A stretch of 64,000 nucleotides of DNA from a virus: IMG/VR virus record IMGVR_UViG_3300031963_000016, positions 97,712 to 161,711 of that record, one strand, 5' to 3'. Below are positions 1-10,287 of the stretch, in pieces (positions within the stretch are counted from its first letter, which is position 1; every line of letters begins with the position of its first letter). Under the pieces are notes generated by a model. It worked only from the letters and a program-made list of their open reading frames with translations, searched no databases and was not told the origin of the DNA. Position numbers and translations under genes: made by a program.

Positions 1-1
1 T

Positions 2-217
2 ACAACAACTTCTGGTGGTGGCGGTGGTTCTGGAGGTACTGCAGGTTCTCCAGGAATTTTTGCTGCTGGTGCTGGTGGTGCAGGTGGTGTATATGGTGGC
101 GGTGGTGGTGGGGCTGGCGATACTGGCGGTGCAAGTGGAGTTGGTGGAAAAGGTGGAGTACGTATTATTTGGGGTACTAATAGAGCATTCCCATCAACAA
201 ACACTGGCAATGTATAA
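2..217 (+). CDS. 3' end of a glycine-rich protein (tail fibre/adhesin-like), truncated by the window edge
   Basis: Frame 2 reads TTTSGGGGGSGGTAGSPG...GGKGGVRIIWGTNRAFPSTNTGNV*, stop at 215-217; the listed ORF 15..224 is its off-frame shadow. Confidence 0.7.
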   Translation, partial: TTTSGGGGGSGGTAGSPGIFAAGAGGAGGVYGGGGGGAGDTGGASGVGGKGGVRIIWGTNRAFPSTNTGNV

Positions 218-223
218 TAAATA
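217..223 (+). promoter_or_regulatory. T4-type late promoter (ATAAATA)
   Basis: Resembles T4 TATAAATA; immediately upstream of gp13. Confidence 0.55.
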
Positions 224-244
224 ATAAAATAAAAGGATTTTTAA

Positions 245-1204
245 ATGGCTGTTGCAACTAGAGAACAATTAAAACAATATTGCCTACGTGCTTTAGGTGC
301 ACCTGTAGTTGAAATTAACGTAGATGATGATCAGCTAGAAGATCGTATCGATGAAGCATTAGAACATTGGAGAAAATACCATTACGATGGTATCGAGCAG
401 ATTTATATGAAAGCAGCAATTCGTGCTTCAGAAATCGTTCTAACAACTTCAGTTGCAGCTAATTATCAACTTTCTGAAACTATTACTGGTGCAACATCTG
501 GCGCAAAAGCAACAGTAGTACGAGAAACTAATCGTTCTTCTGCTGGAACTTTATTGCTCGTAAAAAATATTGTAGGAACATTTACAGTTGGTGAAGTGGT
601 TACTGGTTCTATTTCTGGACAAGTCGCTACAACATCATCTATTACTAAAAGAGAATATGACAACAAATATATTGAAGTTAGTGATTTAGTTTATGGTGTT
701 ACAAAAGTACTAAGTATTGGACAAGCATCTTCTTCAAAAAATATTTTTGATCTTCAATATCAATTACGTCTAAACGACTTATATGATCTAACATCTACAT
801 CATTAATTTACTACAAAACAGTAATGAGTCATTTAGCTCTGTTAGATCTAGAGTTAAATGGACACACATCTTTCCGTTTTAATCGTAGAACAAATCGTGT
901 TTATCTAGATATTAACTGGGAAACAGATATTCCTCTTGGAGATTATGTTATCGTTCAAGGATATCGTGCTCTTGATCCAAACGAATTTACAAAAGTCTGG
1001 AATGAAGCATGGTTAAAACATTACGTTACTGCATTGTTTAAAAAACAATGGGCTACAAATATTAAAAAGTTTTCTGGTATCCAACTTCCAGGTGGCGTTA
1101 CTCTTGATGGAGATAAACTATATGATGAAGCAACTACTGAACTTAAAGAGTTAGAAGATTCTCTTCAAAATAAATCTGCTCCATTAGATTTTTTTATAGG
1201 TTAA
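245..1204 (+). CDS. gp13: Neck protein gp13
   Basis: REQLKQYCLRALGAPVVEINVDDDQLEDRIDEAL; C-terminal QLPGGVTLDG...PLDFFIG; synteny with gp14/gp15. Confidence 0.92.
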   Translation: MAVATREQLKQYCLRALGAPVVEINVDDDQLEDRIDEALEHWRKYHYDGIEQIYMKAAIRASEIVLTTSVAANYQLSETITGATSGAKATVVRETNRSSAGTLLLVKNIVGTFTVGEVVTGSISGQVATTSSITKREYDNKYIEVSDLVYGVTKVLSIGQASSSKNIFDLQYQLRLNDLYDLTSTSLIYYKTVMSHLALLDLELNGHTSFRFNRRTNRVYLDINWETDIPLGDYVIVQGYRALDPNEFTKVWNEAWLKHYVTALFKKQWATNIKKFSGIQLPGGVTLDGDKLYDEATTELKELEDSLQNKSAPLDFFIG

Positions 1205-1205
1205 T

Positions 1206-2120
1206 ATGCCAACTAATGTTTATTTTTCACATGGTACTAGAAATGAACAGTACCTTGTCGAAGACCTAATCATAGAATCTCTTAAGATCTATGGTCAGGA
1301 ATTTTTCTACATTCCAAGAACATTAGTTTCTAAAGATAATATTCTGGGTGAAGATCGTTTATCAGAGTTTAAGTCCTCATTTCCAATCGAAATGTATTTT
1401 GAAAATGTAGATTCATTTGCAGGACAAGGTGCGTTTATTCAAAAGTTTGGTTTAATGGTGGAACAATCTGCAACTTTAGTTGTTGCAAGACGTAGATGGG
1501 AACAGTTAGTCGGTAGATATGGACAAACAACAATTCCTACACGTCCAAATGAAGGCGATTTGATTTATTTTCCATTGTCTAAAGGATTGTTTGAAATTAA
1601 ATTTGTAACACATCAAGATCCATTTTATCAACTTGGTAAATTGTATGTTTATAAACTTCAAGTTGAACTATTCCAGTATGCTTCTGAGAGAATTGATACA
1701 GGAATTAAAGAAGTTGATGCGTTTGAATCTCTTAAAACATTTAGTACTAACTCAACAAGAAATCCAACATCACGTGTTTTAAAGGTTACAGTTACAAATC
1801 AGGGATCAGGTTATACTTCACCACCATCTGTAACATTTGTAAGTTCTACAGGATTTGGTGCTGCTGCAACAGCAGTTCTTGGTACTGGAATTAGTGCAGG
1901 GAAGGTTGTTGCTATCAATGTAACTGAAGATGGACAACAATATCAAGCACCTCCTGTAGTGCAATTTAATGGTGGAGGTGGAAATGGGGCTACAGCTGTA
2001 GCTACATTAGAAATCGATATAGATAAAGTTGATTCATACGGAGATAATAATTCTTTTAAATCTGAAGCTACTGATATTCTTTTTAGTGAAAGTAATCCGT
2101 TTGGAGAGGTTGGTGAATAA
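1206..2120 (+). CDS. gp14: Neck protein gp14 with C-terminal GSGY beta-repeats
   Basis: EQYLVEDLIIESLKIYGQEFFYIPR, PNEGDLIYFP, FYQLGKLYVYKL. Confidence 0.92.
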   Translation: MPTNVYFSHGTRNEQYLVEDLIIESLKIYGQEFFYIPRTLVSKDNILGEDRLSEFKSSFPIEMYFENVDSFAGQGAFIQKFGLMVEQSATLVVARRRWEQLVGRYGQTTIPTRPNEGDLIYFPLSKGLFEIKFVTHQDPFYQLGKLYVYKLQVELFQYASERIDTGIKEVDAFESLKTFSTNSTRNPTSRVLKVTVTNQGSGYTSPPSVTFVSSTGFGAAATAVLGTGISAGKVVAINVTEDGQQYQAPPVVQFNGGGGNGATAVATLEIDIDKVDSYGDNNSFKSEATDILFSESNPFGEVGE

Positions 2121-2866
2121 TGCTTAATAATAATATTTTTTATCACGGCATTATTCGTAAAAGTATTGTTGCTTTTGGAAGATTATTCAGTGATATCTAT
2201 ATTGATCGTAAACAGGGTGATTCTGTAACAGGCACAACTGTACAAAGATTACAAATACCATTGGCTTATGCACCAAAAGAAAAATGGTTAGTTCGAATTG
2301 AACAAGATCCAGATTTAGCAAACAATACCTATGTTTCTTTACCAAGAATGTCGTTTGAGATTGTTGGATATAATTATGATTCCTCACGCAAACTAAATCG
2401 TATGCAACAAATTAAATGTGGTGAGGGTGAAAATACAATGGGGACAATGTATACTCCAGTTCCATATAATATCGACATAGCATTATATGTTTTAACCAAA
2501 ACACAAGAAGATGCATTACAAATAATTGAACAAATACTACCAACATTTACTCCAGATTATACTTTAACTATTAATGCAATACCAGATATGAATGTTAAAT
2601 TAGATGTTCCTATCATATTAAATAGTGTTGCTGCTTCTGATGAATATGATGGAGATTTTCAAACTCGTAGATTTGTAACACATACATTAAATTTTACAAT
2701 GAAAACAAATCTATTTGGTGCTATATCTAATAAGAAAGTTATTCAAGAAGTTTATGCTAATGTTGGACAAAATGAAGATTTTACTAATCCAAACAGAATT
2801 TATACTGCTGAGGGAGATTTAACTACTTCTACAGTTAGTTCTGAAAGTTGGGAAGACAATTTTTAA
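2120..2866 (+). CDS. gp15: Tail sheath stabiliser/terminator gp15
   Basis: FYHGIIRKSIVAFGRLF, IPLAYAPKEK, LPRMSFEI, PVPYNI, EQILPTFTP. Confidence 0.92.
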   Translation: MLNNNIFYHGIIRKSIVAFGRLFSDIYIDRKQGDSVTGTTVQRLQIPLAYAPKEKWLVRIEQDPDLANNTYVSLPRMSFEIVGYNYDSSRKLNRMQQIKCGEGENTMGTMYTPVPYNIDIALYVLTKTQEDALQIIEQILPTFTPDYTLTINAIPDMNVKLDVPIILNSVAASDEYDGDFQTRRFVTHTLNFTMKTNLFGAISNKKVIQEVYANVGQNEDFTNPNRIYTAEGDLTTSTVSSESWEDNF

Positions 2867-2868
2867 AT

Positions 2869-4446
2869 ATGGCAGAAATTTATAATGCTAATGCGAATTT
2901 AAAAGCAGCTGGCGTCACAGTAGAGTTTACTCCTGATAACATCCAGGAATATATTAAATGCTCGCAAGATCCAATTTATTTCATTGAAAACTATTGCCAT
3001 ATTGTAACTCTAGACAATGGTTTACAGTTGTTTAAATTGTATGATTGTCAAAAGAAAAAGATTGATGTGATCCATAGTAATCGTCGTGTGATTCTTATGG
3101 AAGGTCGTCAGCAAGGTAAGACTACTACATCTGCTGCATATATTCTTTGGTATACTTTATTTCAGCCAAATAAAACTGTAGCGATTTTAGCTAATAAAGC
3201 AACTTCTGCTCGTGAGGTTCTAGATCGTTTACAAACAATGTATGAGTTATTGCCTAAATGGATGCAACAAGGTGTTATAGGTTGGAATAAGGGTGACATC
3301 GAACTAGAAAATGGTTCAAAAGTATTTACTGCAGCAACAGGAAAATCTGGTATTCGTGGACGATCTGTAAACTTATTATATGTTGATGAGGCAGCAATTA
3401 TTCCAAATAATATTGCTGAAGAGTTTTTTACTTCTGTCTATCCAACTATTTCTGCTGGTCAAACAACTAAGATTCTACTTTCATCTACACCATTAGGTTA
3501 TAATCATTTCTGGAAGTTTTGGAATGATGCTGAAAATGGTCGTAATGGATTTGTTCCGTTATTCATACCGTACTGGGAAATTCCTGGTCGTGATGAAGCA
3601 TGGGCACTTGAACAAAAGGCTATGCTCGGTGAGTTAAAATATAATCAAGAGGTTCTTTGTAACTTCTTAGGTTCTAGTTTAACTCTAATTAACTCTGATG
3701 TGATAGCAAAAATGTCTGTTGCAAATAGAGTTTTCACAAAAGATGGTCTAGACGTTTATGTTGAACCACAAGTGGGTCATACATATTGTTTAGTAGCCGA
3801 TGTAGCAAAAGGAGTTGGTGGAGATTACTCCGCATTCCAAGTAATTGATATCACAGAAACTCCTTACAAACTTGTAGCAAAATATAGAAATAATGAGATC
3901 AGTCCCCTATTATATCCAAATATTATTTACAAAGTAGGTAAAGACTATAATAATGCTTGGGTTTTATTAGAAATTAACATTTCTGAACAAGTAGCCCATA
4001 TCCTTTATTCGGAAATGGAATATGAAAATATACTATTTGTAACTCGTCATACACTAGGGCAGACTGTTTCGGGTGGTTTTGGAGGTGGTAAAACTCAACT
4101 TGGAGTCAATACCGATAAAAAAATTAAACGAATAGGATGTCATAATTTTAAAGCACTCGTTGAAGAAAATAAACTTCTTATAAACGATGCGGATACAATT
4201 TCTGAGATCTCTACTTTTATTGAAAAGAAGGGGTCTTATGAAGCAGACGAAGGCTATCACGACGACTTAGTCATGCCTTTGGTTTTGTTCGGTTGGCTAA
4301 CTACCAACTCTTATTTTAAAGACCTAAATAATGTAAATCTAAGAGAAGTTATGTATAAAAAACAAATGCAGGCGATTGAGGAAGAATTAACTCCGTTTGG
4401 TTTTTATGACGATGGTGGTCCAGAAAAACCTCCGCTAAACTTCTAG
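2869..4446 (+). CDS. gp17: Terminase large subunit
   Basis: Walker A-like GRQQGKTT, Walker B LLYVDEAA, nuclease motifs ADVAKGVGGDYS and HDDLVM; start placed at ATG 2869 just after the gp15 stop. Confidence 0.96.
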   Translation: MAEIYNANANLKAAGVTVEFTPDNIQEYIKCSQDPIYFIENYCHIVTLDNGLQLFKLYDCQKKKIDVIHSNRRVILMEGRQQGKTTTSAAYILWYTLFQPNKTVAILANKATSAREVLDRLQTMYELLPKWMQQGVIGWNKGDIELENGSKVFTAATGKSGIRGRSVNLLYVDEAAIIPNNIAEEFFTSVYPTISAGQTTKILLSSTPLGYNHFWKFWNDAENGRNGFVPLFIPYWEIPGRDEAWALEQKAMLGELKYNQEVLCNFLGSSLTLINSDVIAKMSVANRVFTKDGLDVYVEPQVGHTYCLVADVAKGVGGDYSAFQVIDITETPYKLVAKYRNNEISPLLYPNIIYKVGKDYNNAWVLLEINISEQVAHILYSEMEYENILFVTRHTLGQTVSGGFGGGKTQLGVNTDKKIKRIGCHNFKALVEENKLLINDADTISEISTFIEKKGSYEADEGYHDDLVMPLVLFGWLTTNSYFKDLNNVNLREVMYKKQMQAIEEELTPFGFYDDGGPEKPPLNF

Positions 4447-4460
4447 AAATCGTGCAAAAA

Positions 4461-4467
4461 CTAAATA
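4461..4467 (+). promoter_or_regulatory. Late promoter (CTAAATA)
   Basis: Intergenic, upstream of gp18 with SD AGGAG. Confidence 0.6.
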
Positions 4468-4520
4468 AAATGTAGACATAAAGTTGTCTAAAGGTAAACT
4501 TATTAACAAGGAGAATTACA

Positions 4521-6737
4521 ATGCCGTTTCAATTATCTCCAGGCGTTGCAGTCGTAGAAAAAGATTTCACTTCTATCGTTCCAGCAGTTTCTAGCTCTAT
4601 TGGTGCTTTTGCTGGTGCGTTTGCATGGGGTCCAGTTATGGAACCTGTCACAGTTACCTCAGAAAACGAGTTAGTTCGTCGTTTTGGTAAACCTAATGAT
4701 AGTAATGCAAATTCTTTCTTCACAGCAGCTAACTTTTTATCATACACTAACAATTTATTATTAAATCGTGCAGATGCAGGACACTTAAATGCTGTTGCTA
4801 TTTTAACAGGTAGTTTAACTGGTATTGCAGTAAACAGTGCTGGAAGCGGCTATGTTTCTACTGCTTCTCCTCCAACTGTAACTATTGGTGCCCCAGATGC
4901 TGTCGGTGGTACTCAAGCTACTGCTACTGCTACTCTTTCTGGTGGTGGTGTTTCTGCAATTACTGTTAGTGGTGAGGGTAACACTGGTTACACAACTGCT
5001 ACTGTTACTATTACTCCTGCTACGGGTGATACTGGAACAGGTGCTACTGCCACTGCCAATATCTCAGGTGGTGTTATCACTAGTATTACTATTACAAATC
5101 CAGGCGAAGGCTACAAACTGTTGCCAGTAGTTAATGTTACTGGAGATGGTGGTGGTGTAACAACAACTGTAACACTTTCTACTTCTTCAATAACAGGAAT
5201 TACAATTACGAATGCTGGTTCTGGATATGACAATCCTCCTTCAGTAACTATCGGTGCACCACCAACTGGTACAGTTGCAACAGCTACTGCTACTATTAGT
5301 CAAAACTTAGGTGTAAAGATTATGAATGGAGAGCATTATCTTCAGTCATATTCTACTGGTGCTGCTATTGTTGGTGAATTTGCTGCAAAATATCCAGGTA
5401 CATTAGGTAACTCTCTTCATGTAACAATGGCTGATGCAAATACATACTCTGGTTGGACTACTGTATTAAATGGTGTAACTATTAACTGCGCTGCAGAATT
5501 TGAAGGTGCACCAGGAACATCTGACTATGCCGCATCAGTTAATGGAACTAATGATGAGCTACATATTTTAGTATTTGATGAAGATGGTTTAATTACTGGA
5601 ACAAAAGGAACTGTTTTAGAAAAATTTGCTTTCGTTTCAAAAGCCTCTGATGCTAAAAAATCAGATGGTACTAATAATTATTATAAAGATGTATTAAATT
5701 CTCGTTCAGAATACGTTTGGTGGATGGATCCACCAGCTGCAATCACTGGATTAGGAACTAACTGGGGTCAACCAGCACAAGGTGCATCATTTAAAAACTT
5801 ATCAGCTGCTGTTAAGCGTTCTCTTTCTGGTGGCACTGATGATTATGCATTAACAGATGGCGAACAACAATCTGCATATACTTTATTTGCTAATGCAGAA
5901 GTATATGATATTAGTTTAGTTCTTCTTGGCAAAGCAAAAGCATCTGTCGCACAATCTGTTATTAACAATGTCTGTGAAACAAGACTAGACTGCGTAGCAT
6001 TTATCTCTCCACAAAATGTATCAACACATGATATTATTATTGGATCTACTGATAATGAAGTTACGCAGATTAATGCATATAGAAATGCATTGTCAAGCAC
6101 ATCATACGCTGTTCTTGATTCTGGCTACAAATATCAGTATGATCGTTACAATGATAAGTATCGTTATATTCCATTAAATGGTGATGTAGCTGGTCTTTGC
6201 GCACGCACTGACTATACAAACGATCCATGGTTCTCTCCAGGTGGTCTAAATCGTGGACAGATCAAAAATGTTGTACGTCTTGCTGTACAACCTAATAAAA
6301 CAATGCGTGATAATCTTTACAAAAATGGTGTTAACCCTGTGGTTACATTCCCAGGTGAAGGTACTGTTCTGTTTGGAGATAAAACTCTACTTGCAAAACC
6401 AAGTGCATTCGATCGTATTAACGTGCGTCGTCTGTTTATCGTTCTTGAAAAAGCAATTGCAACTGCTGCTAAATTCCAGTTGTTTGAATTTAATGATAGT
6501 TTCACACGTGCTCAGTTTAAGAATCTAGTAGAGCCATTCCTCCGTGATGTTCAGGGTCGTCGTGGTATTACAGATTTCGTAGTTAAGTGCGATGAATCTA
6601 ACAATACTGGTGAAGTTATCGATCGTAACGAATTCGTTGCTGATATCTTTATTAAGCCAAATCGTTCAATCAACTTTATTACTCTGACATTTGTTGCTGC
6701 TCGTTCTGCGATTAACTTCTCAGAAATTGGTGCTTAA
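4521..6737 (+). CDS. gp18: Tail sheath protein with inserted Thr/Gly-rich repeats
   Basis: QLSPGVAVVEKD, WFSPGGLNRG, FGDKT, FDRINVRRLF. Confidence 0.96.
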   Translation: MPFQLSPGVAVVEKDFTSIVPAVSSSIGAFAGAFAWGPVMEPVTVTSENELVRRFGKPNDSNANSFFTAANFLSYTNNLLLNRADAGHLNAVAILTGSLTGIAVNSAGSGYVSTASPPTVTIGAPDAVGGTQATATATLSGGGVSAITVSGEGNTGYTTATVTITPATGDTGTGATATANISGGVITSITITNPGEGYKLLPVVNVTGDGGGVTTTVTLSTSSITGITITNAGSGYDNPPSVTIGAPPTGTVATATATISQNLGVKIMNGEHYLQSYSTGAAIVGEFAAKYPGTLGNSLHVTMADANTYSGWTTVLNGVTINCAAEFEGAPGTSDYAASVNGTNDELHILVFDEDGLITGTKGTVLEKFAFVSKASDAKKSDGTNNYYKDVLNSRSEYVWWMDPPAAITGLGTNWGQPAQGASFKNLSAAVKRSLSGGTDDYALTDGEQQSAYTLFANAEVYDISLVLLGKAKASVAQSVINNVCETRLDCVAFISPQNVSTHDIIIGSTDNEVTQINAYRNALSSTSYAVLDSGYKYQYDRYNDKYRYIPLNGDVAGLCARTDYTNDPWFSPGGLNRGQIKNVVRLAVQPNKTMRDNLYKNGVNPVVTFPGEGTVLFGDKTLLAKPSAFDRINVRRLFIVLEKAIATAAKFQLFEFNDSFTRAQFKNLVEPFLRDVQGRRGITDFVVKCDESNNTGEVIDRNEFVADIFIKPNRSINFITLTFVAARSAINFSEIGA

Positions 6738-6743
6738 TCAGGG

Positions 6744-6750
6744 ATAAATA
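6744..6750 (+). promoter_or_regulatory. Late promoter (ATAAATA)
   Basis: Between gp18 and gp19. Confidence 0.55.
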
Positions 6751-6773
6751 AGAAAGAACAAAAGGAGATTTAA

Positions 6774-7361
6774 ATGGCAAATATTGCTGATTTTAAAGCA
6801 CAAATGATTGGTGGCGGTGCTCGCCCTAATCAGTTTCGTGTCGAGTTAACATTCCCGTCTTATGTAACATTGGGTGTGGTAGCAGGACAGCGTGCTCAAT
6901 TCTTATGTAAAGCAGCACAACTACCTGCTTCTACTATTGAGACAATTCCTGTTTTATATCGTGGGCGTCCTGTGCAGTTTGCAGGAGAAAGAACTTTTGC
7001 TCCATGGACTGTTACGATTTACAATGATACAACATTTGGTATTCGTAATGCTTTAGAGCAGTGGCAATCTGGTATTCAAAACTATAACACAACTCTTGGA
7101 AGAACTAATCCTACTGATTATCAAGTTGACATGAGTGTTCATCAATTAGATCGTAATGGTGCAATTATTAAAAGTTACAAGTTTGTTGATGCTTTCCCAA
7201 CTAATGTTTCTGCTGTAGGACTAGATTACGAACAACAAAATGCTATTGAACAATTTGATGTAGAGTTTACATATAACTTCTTCACATCAAATACTGGGGC
7301 TGCTGCTGGATTTGGTGTCAATGTTTCTATTGATACACCAGTTGGTTCGTTCCCTCTATAA
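6774..7361 (+). CDS. gp19: Tail tube protein
   Basis: GGGARPNQFRV, AGERTFAPWTVTIYND, DAFPTNVS; follows the sheath gene. Confidence 0.93.
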   Translation: MANIADFKAQMIGGGARPNQFRVELTFPSYVTLGVVAGQRAQFLCKAAQLPASTIETIPVLYRGRPVQFAGERTFAPWTVTIYNDTTFGIRNALEQWQSGIQNYNTTLGRTNPTDYQVDMSVHQLDRNGAIIKSYKFVDAFPTNVSAVGLDYEQQNAIEQFDVEFTYNFFTSNTGAAAGFGVNVSIDTPVGSFPL

Positions 7362-7384
7362 TATAACTAAAGGATTTTTACATT

Positions 7385-9034
7385 ATGCAAATTTTTGGCT
7401 TTGAGATAAAGCGTAAAAAAGAACAGGAGTTGCAATCTGTTGTAACTCCTAGTGCAGTTGATACAGGCGCAACCGTAATAAACACTGGTGTTAATGCTGG
7501 TGGTTATTACGGTATGGTCATGGATTTAGAAGGTGTTGTTAAAAATGAAAACGACCTTCTACGTAGATATCGTGAGGTTTCTCAATATTCAGATTGTGAT
7601 AATGCGATTGAAGATATTATAAATGAAGCAATTATCGCTGATGAACAAAAGAGACCAGTTGAATTAAACTTAGATGAGTTAAAACTATCTTCTTCTATTA
7701 AAACAAAAATAAAAGAAGAATTTGATAATGTACAAAGACTCTTAAAATTTGATGAAAGAGCACATGAAATCTTCCGCACTTGGTATATTGATGGAAGATT
7801 ATATTATCAAATTCTTATAGATGAAGAACGAATTAAAGAAGGTATTGTAGAACTTCGTTATATTGATCCTCGTAAAATTCGTCGCATTAAAAATATTAAA
7901 AAAGAAAGAACACCACAAGGTGTTGATGTAGTAAAACAAATTGAAGAATATTATCTTTATAACGATAAAGGTATTACAGAGCAGACTACACAAGGTGTTA
8001 AATTAGCAATAGATTCTGTTGTGTATTGTCCATCAGGATATGTAGACCAAAACACTGGGATGGCATTATCTTATTTACATAAAGCCATTAAGCCAGTTAA
8101 TCAATTAAAGATGATTGAAGATTCTTTGGTCATCTATCGTATTAGTCGAGCACCTGAGCGCAGAATATTTTACATTGATGTTGGTAATTTACCAAAGTTA
8201 AAAGCAGAGCAATATGTCTCTGACATTATGAACAAGTTTAGAAACAAAATTGTTTATGATGCAACTACTGGTGAAACTCGTGACGATCGTCGCCACTTGT
8301 CAATGATGGAAGATTTCTGGATGCCTCGTCGTGAAGGTGGTAAGGGAACTGAGATTACTACGCTTCCAGGTGGTCAAAACCTTGGCGAGATTCAAGATAT
8401 CGAGTATTTCCAGAACAAACTTTATCATGCATTGAATGTTCCAATCTCTCGTTTACAACCACAACAGGGATTTAGCATTGGACGTTCACAAGAAATTTCT
8501 CGTGACGAAGTTAAGTTTAATAAATTTATTGTTAGACTTCGTAAAAAGTTTTCAGTGTTGTTCTCTGAGGCACTTAGAGTTCAACTAATTGCAAAAGGTA
8601 TTATTCGTGCTGATGAGTGGGAAGATATTCGTCCATTCTTCAAATACGATTACATTGAAGACAATCACTTCTCTGAGTTAAAAGATGCAGAAATATTGAC
8701 TCAGAGATTACAAGCCTTGCAAACTATTGATCCATATGTTGGTAAATATTATAGCCAAACATGGGTCAAGAAAAACATTCTTCGACTTGATGAAGATCAA
8801 GTCGAACAGATTGAAAAAGAAATCGAGCAAGAAGCAGAATTGCAAATGGCTCAGGCTGAAAAAGAAGGAATGTTAACAGGTGTACAGAATACTGCTATGA
8901 ATAATTACGTTGCACAAAATTCTATGCAACAAGAACAACCAGCAGAAGATCAATCAGAAGTAAATGCTGAACAGACAAATGAAGAACAGCCAGCAAAAGT
9001 TACCAAACTAAAAACTGGTACTTGGCCAAATTAA
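7385..9034 (+). CDS. gp20: Portal vertex protein
   Basis: WYIDGR, LRYIDPRKI, YRISRAPERRIFYIDVGNLPK, EDFWMPRREGGKGTEITTLPGG. Confidence 0.97.
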   Translation: MQIFGFEIKRKKEQELQSVVTPSAVDTGATVINTGVNAGGYYGMVMDLEGVVKNENDLLRRYREVSQYSDCDNAIEDIINEAIIADEQKRPVELNLDELKLSSSIKTKIKEEFDNVQRLLKFDERAHEIFRTWYIDGRLYYQILIDEERIKEGIVELRYIDPRKIRRIKNIKKERTPQGVDVVKQIEEYYLYNDKGITEQTTQGVKLAIDSVVYCPSGYVDQNTGMALSYLHKAIKPVNQLKMIEDSLVIYRISRAPERRIFYIDVGNLPKLKAEQYVSDIMNKFRNKIVYDATTGETRDDRRHLSMMEDFWMPRREGGKGTEITTLPGGQNLGEIQDIEYFQNKLYHALNVPISRLQPQQGFSIGRSQEISRDEVKFNKFIVRLRKKFSVLFSEALRVQLIAKGIIRADEWEDIRPFFKYDYIEDNHFSELKDAEILTQRLQALQTIDPYVGKYYSQTWVKKNILRLDEDQVEQIEKEIEQEAELQMAQAEKEGMLTGVQNTAMNNYVAQNSMQQEQPAEDQSEVNAEQTNEEQPAKVTKLKTGTWPN

Positions 9035-9046
9035 TAGGAGACACAC

Positions 9047-9277
9047 ATGAAAGAATCAGTAGAAAATTTAATCCAAGCAATCGTTCAAGGTAATGCATTA
9101 GAAACAGAAAAAGCATTTGCAACTGCAATGGCAGAAAAACTAGCACCAATGTTAGATACACGTCGTCAAGAAGTTGCACAAAGTATGTTTGCTGTTCAAC
9201 AAGAAGAAGAAACTGTTTCTGCAGAAACAACTACTGACATTTCTAACAATGAAAGTTCAACTGAAACTGTTGAATAA
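9047..9277 (+). CDS. gp67: Prohead core protein (gp67-like)
   Basis: Small acidic ORF directly after the portal, in the gp67 position. Confidence 0.55.
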   Translation: MKESVENLIQAIVQGNALETEKAFATAMAEKLAPMLDTRRQEVAQSMFAVQQEEETVSAETTTDISNNESSTETVE

Positions 9278-9822
9278 TGTATTATTCTAGTTTTATTAAA
9301 TCTTTTAAAAGACCTAATGTAGTAGAAAGCATTAGATCTTATACTCATTTAATTGAAAAAACAGAAAATAATAAAATTTTAATAAATGGTATTGAAACAG
9401 AACATACAAGTATTGAGGAAGCGAGACAATACGTCAAACAAGAATATATTGCTAAAAAATTAGAAGAACAAATTTCTACTGAATTATACGAAGATATTTC
9501 TGAGAATAAAGTGGCTAGTATTATTAAAGAACATCACGATGTTAAAGTTACAGATACTCTTATAGAAAATTATATACAGCTCGCTTCCTCTCGTATTTTT
9601 AGTGTTGATCCAGTTGTACAAGAAATTCGTAAATTAAATAAGCTGGATAATATCGTAGAAGGTAAAATACATTATGTTCTTGAAGATGAATCAATTGTAG
9701 CAATTGATGAAGAGACTCAAGAGCAACTAAATAATTTGTTACAGAATCAATCAGATATTATTAAATACATGCGTGAAAATAAAGATCAGTTTATGTATGT
9801 AGTAGAAAAATTAGAGGAATAA
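9277..9822 (+). CDS. Hypothetical head-morphogenesis protein (gp68 position)
   Basis: Translationally coupled (TAATG); lies between the gp67-like gene and gp21. Confidence 0.55.
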   Translation: MYYSSFIKSFKRPNVVESIRSYTHLIEKTENNKILINGIETEHTSIEEARQYVKQEYIAKKLEEQISTELYEDISENKVASIIKEHHDVKVTDTLIENYIQLASSRIFSVDPVVQEIRKLNKLDNIVEGKIHYVLEDESIVAIDEETQEQLNNLLQNQSDIIKYMRENKDQFMYVVEKLEE

Positions 9823-9823
9823 A

Positions 9824-10285
9824 ATGCCAGTCACTAAGACTATTCTTAAGAATACAAATAACGAAACAATCGTTAAGATTGCTGGTACTGCAGCATCTTC
9901 AACTATTGATCTACAGACTGACTGTTTAGCATCTACTCAAGCATTAGATGGTGCAACACAAACAGTTAATATCGTAGGTTTTCAATTTACAGGTATGCCA
10001 TCTTCAACTATTACTATTGCAAGAAACTCTGTTAACATTACTACAGTTTCATCTGAAGGACATGATGATGTTGAGTTTGCTGCAGGTATGGGATTTTCTG
10101 ATACAATTGAAAACACGAGTGACATCGTTGTTACTATTGCTGGCGCAGAAGCACAATTATATCTAACATTACGCAAAATTGGTGGTTATGCTACTAAAGT
10201 TGAAGAAGCTGTATATGGCGCATATGACGATCGTACTCGTGTTGGTGCTTCTACAACACTAAGTGGTTCACCAGATAAGGTATAA
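9824..10285 (+). CDS. Hypothetical, probably structural; paralog of 56943..57419
   Basis: Shares LRK-G--KVE-AV(Y/F)G-YD C-terminal motif with 56943..57419. Confidence 0.7.
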   Translation: MPVTKTILKNTNNETIVKIAGTAASSTIDLQTDCLASTQALDGATQTVNIVGFQFTGMPSSTITIARNSVNITTVSSEGHDDVEFAAGMGFSDTIENTSDIVVTIAGAEAQLYLTLRKIGGYATKVEEAVYGAYDDRTRVGASTTLSGSPDKV

Positions 10286-10287
10286 AA

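Noticed and set aside
15-224. 69-aa Val/Leu-rich ORF in the track
   Set aside because: Off-frame shadow of the Gly-rich GGT-codon gene in frame 2; 4885..5130 is the same artefact inside gp18
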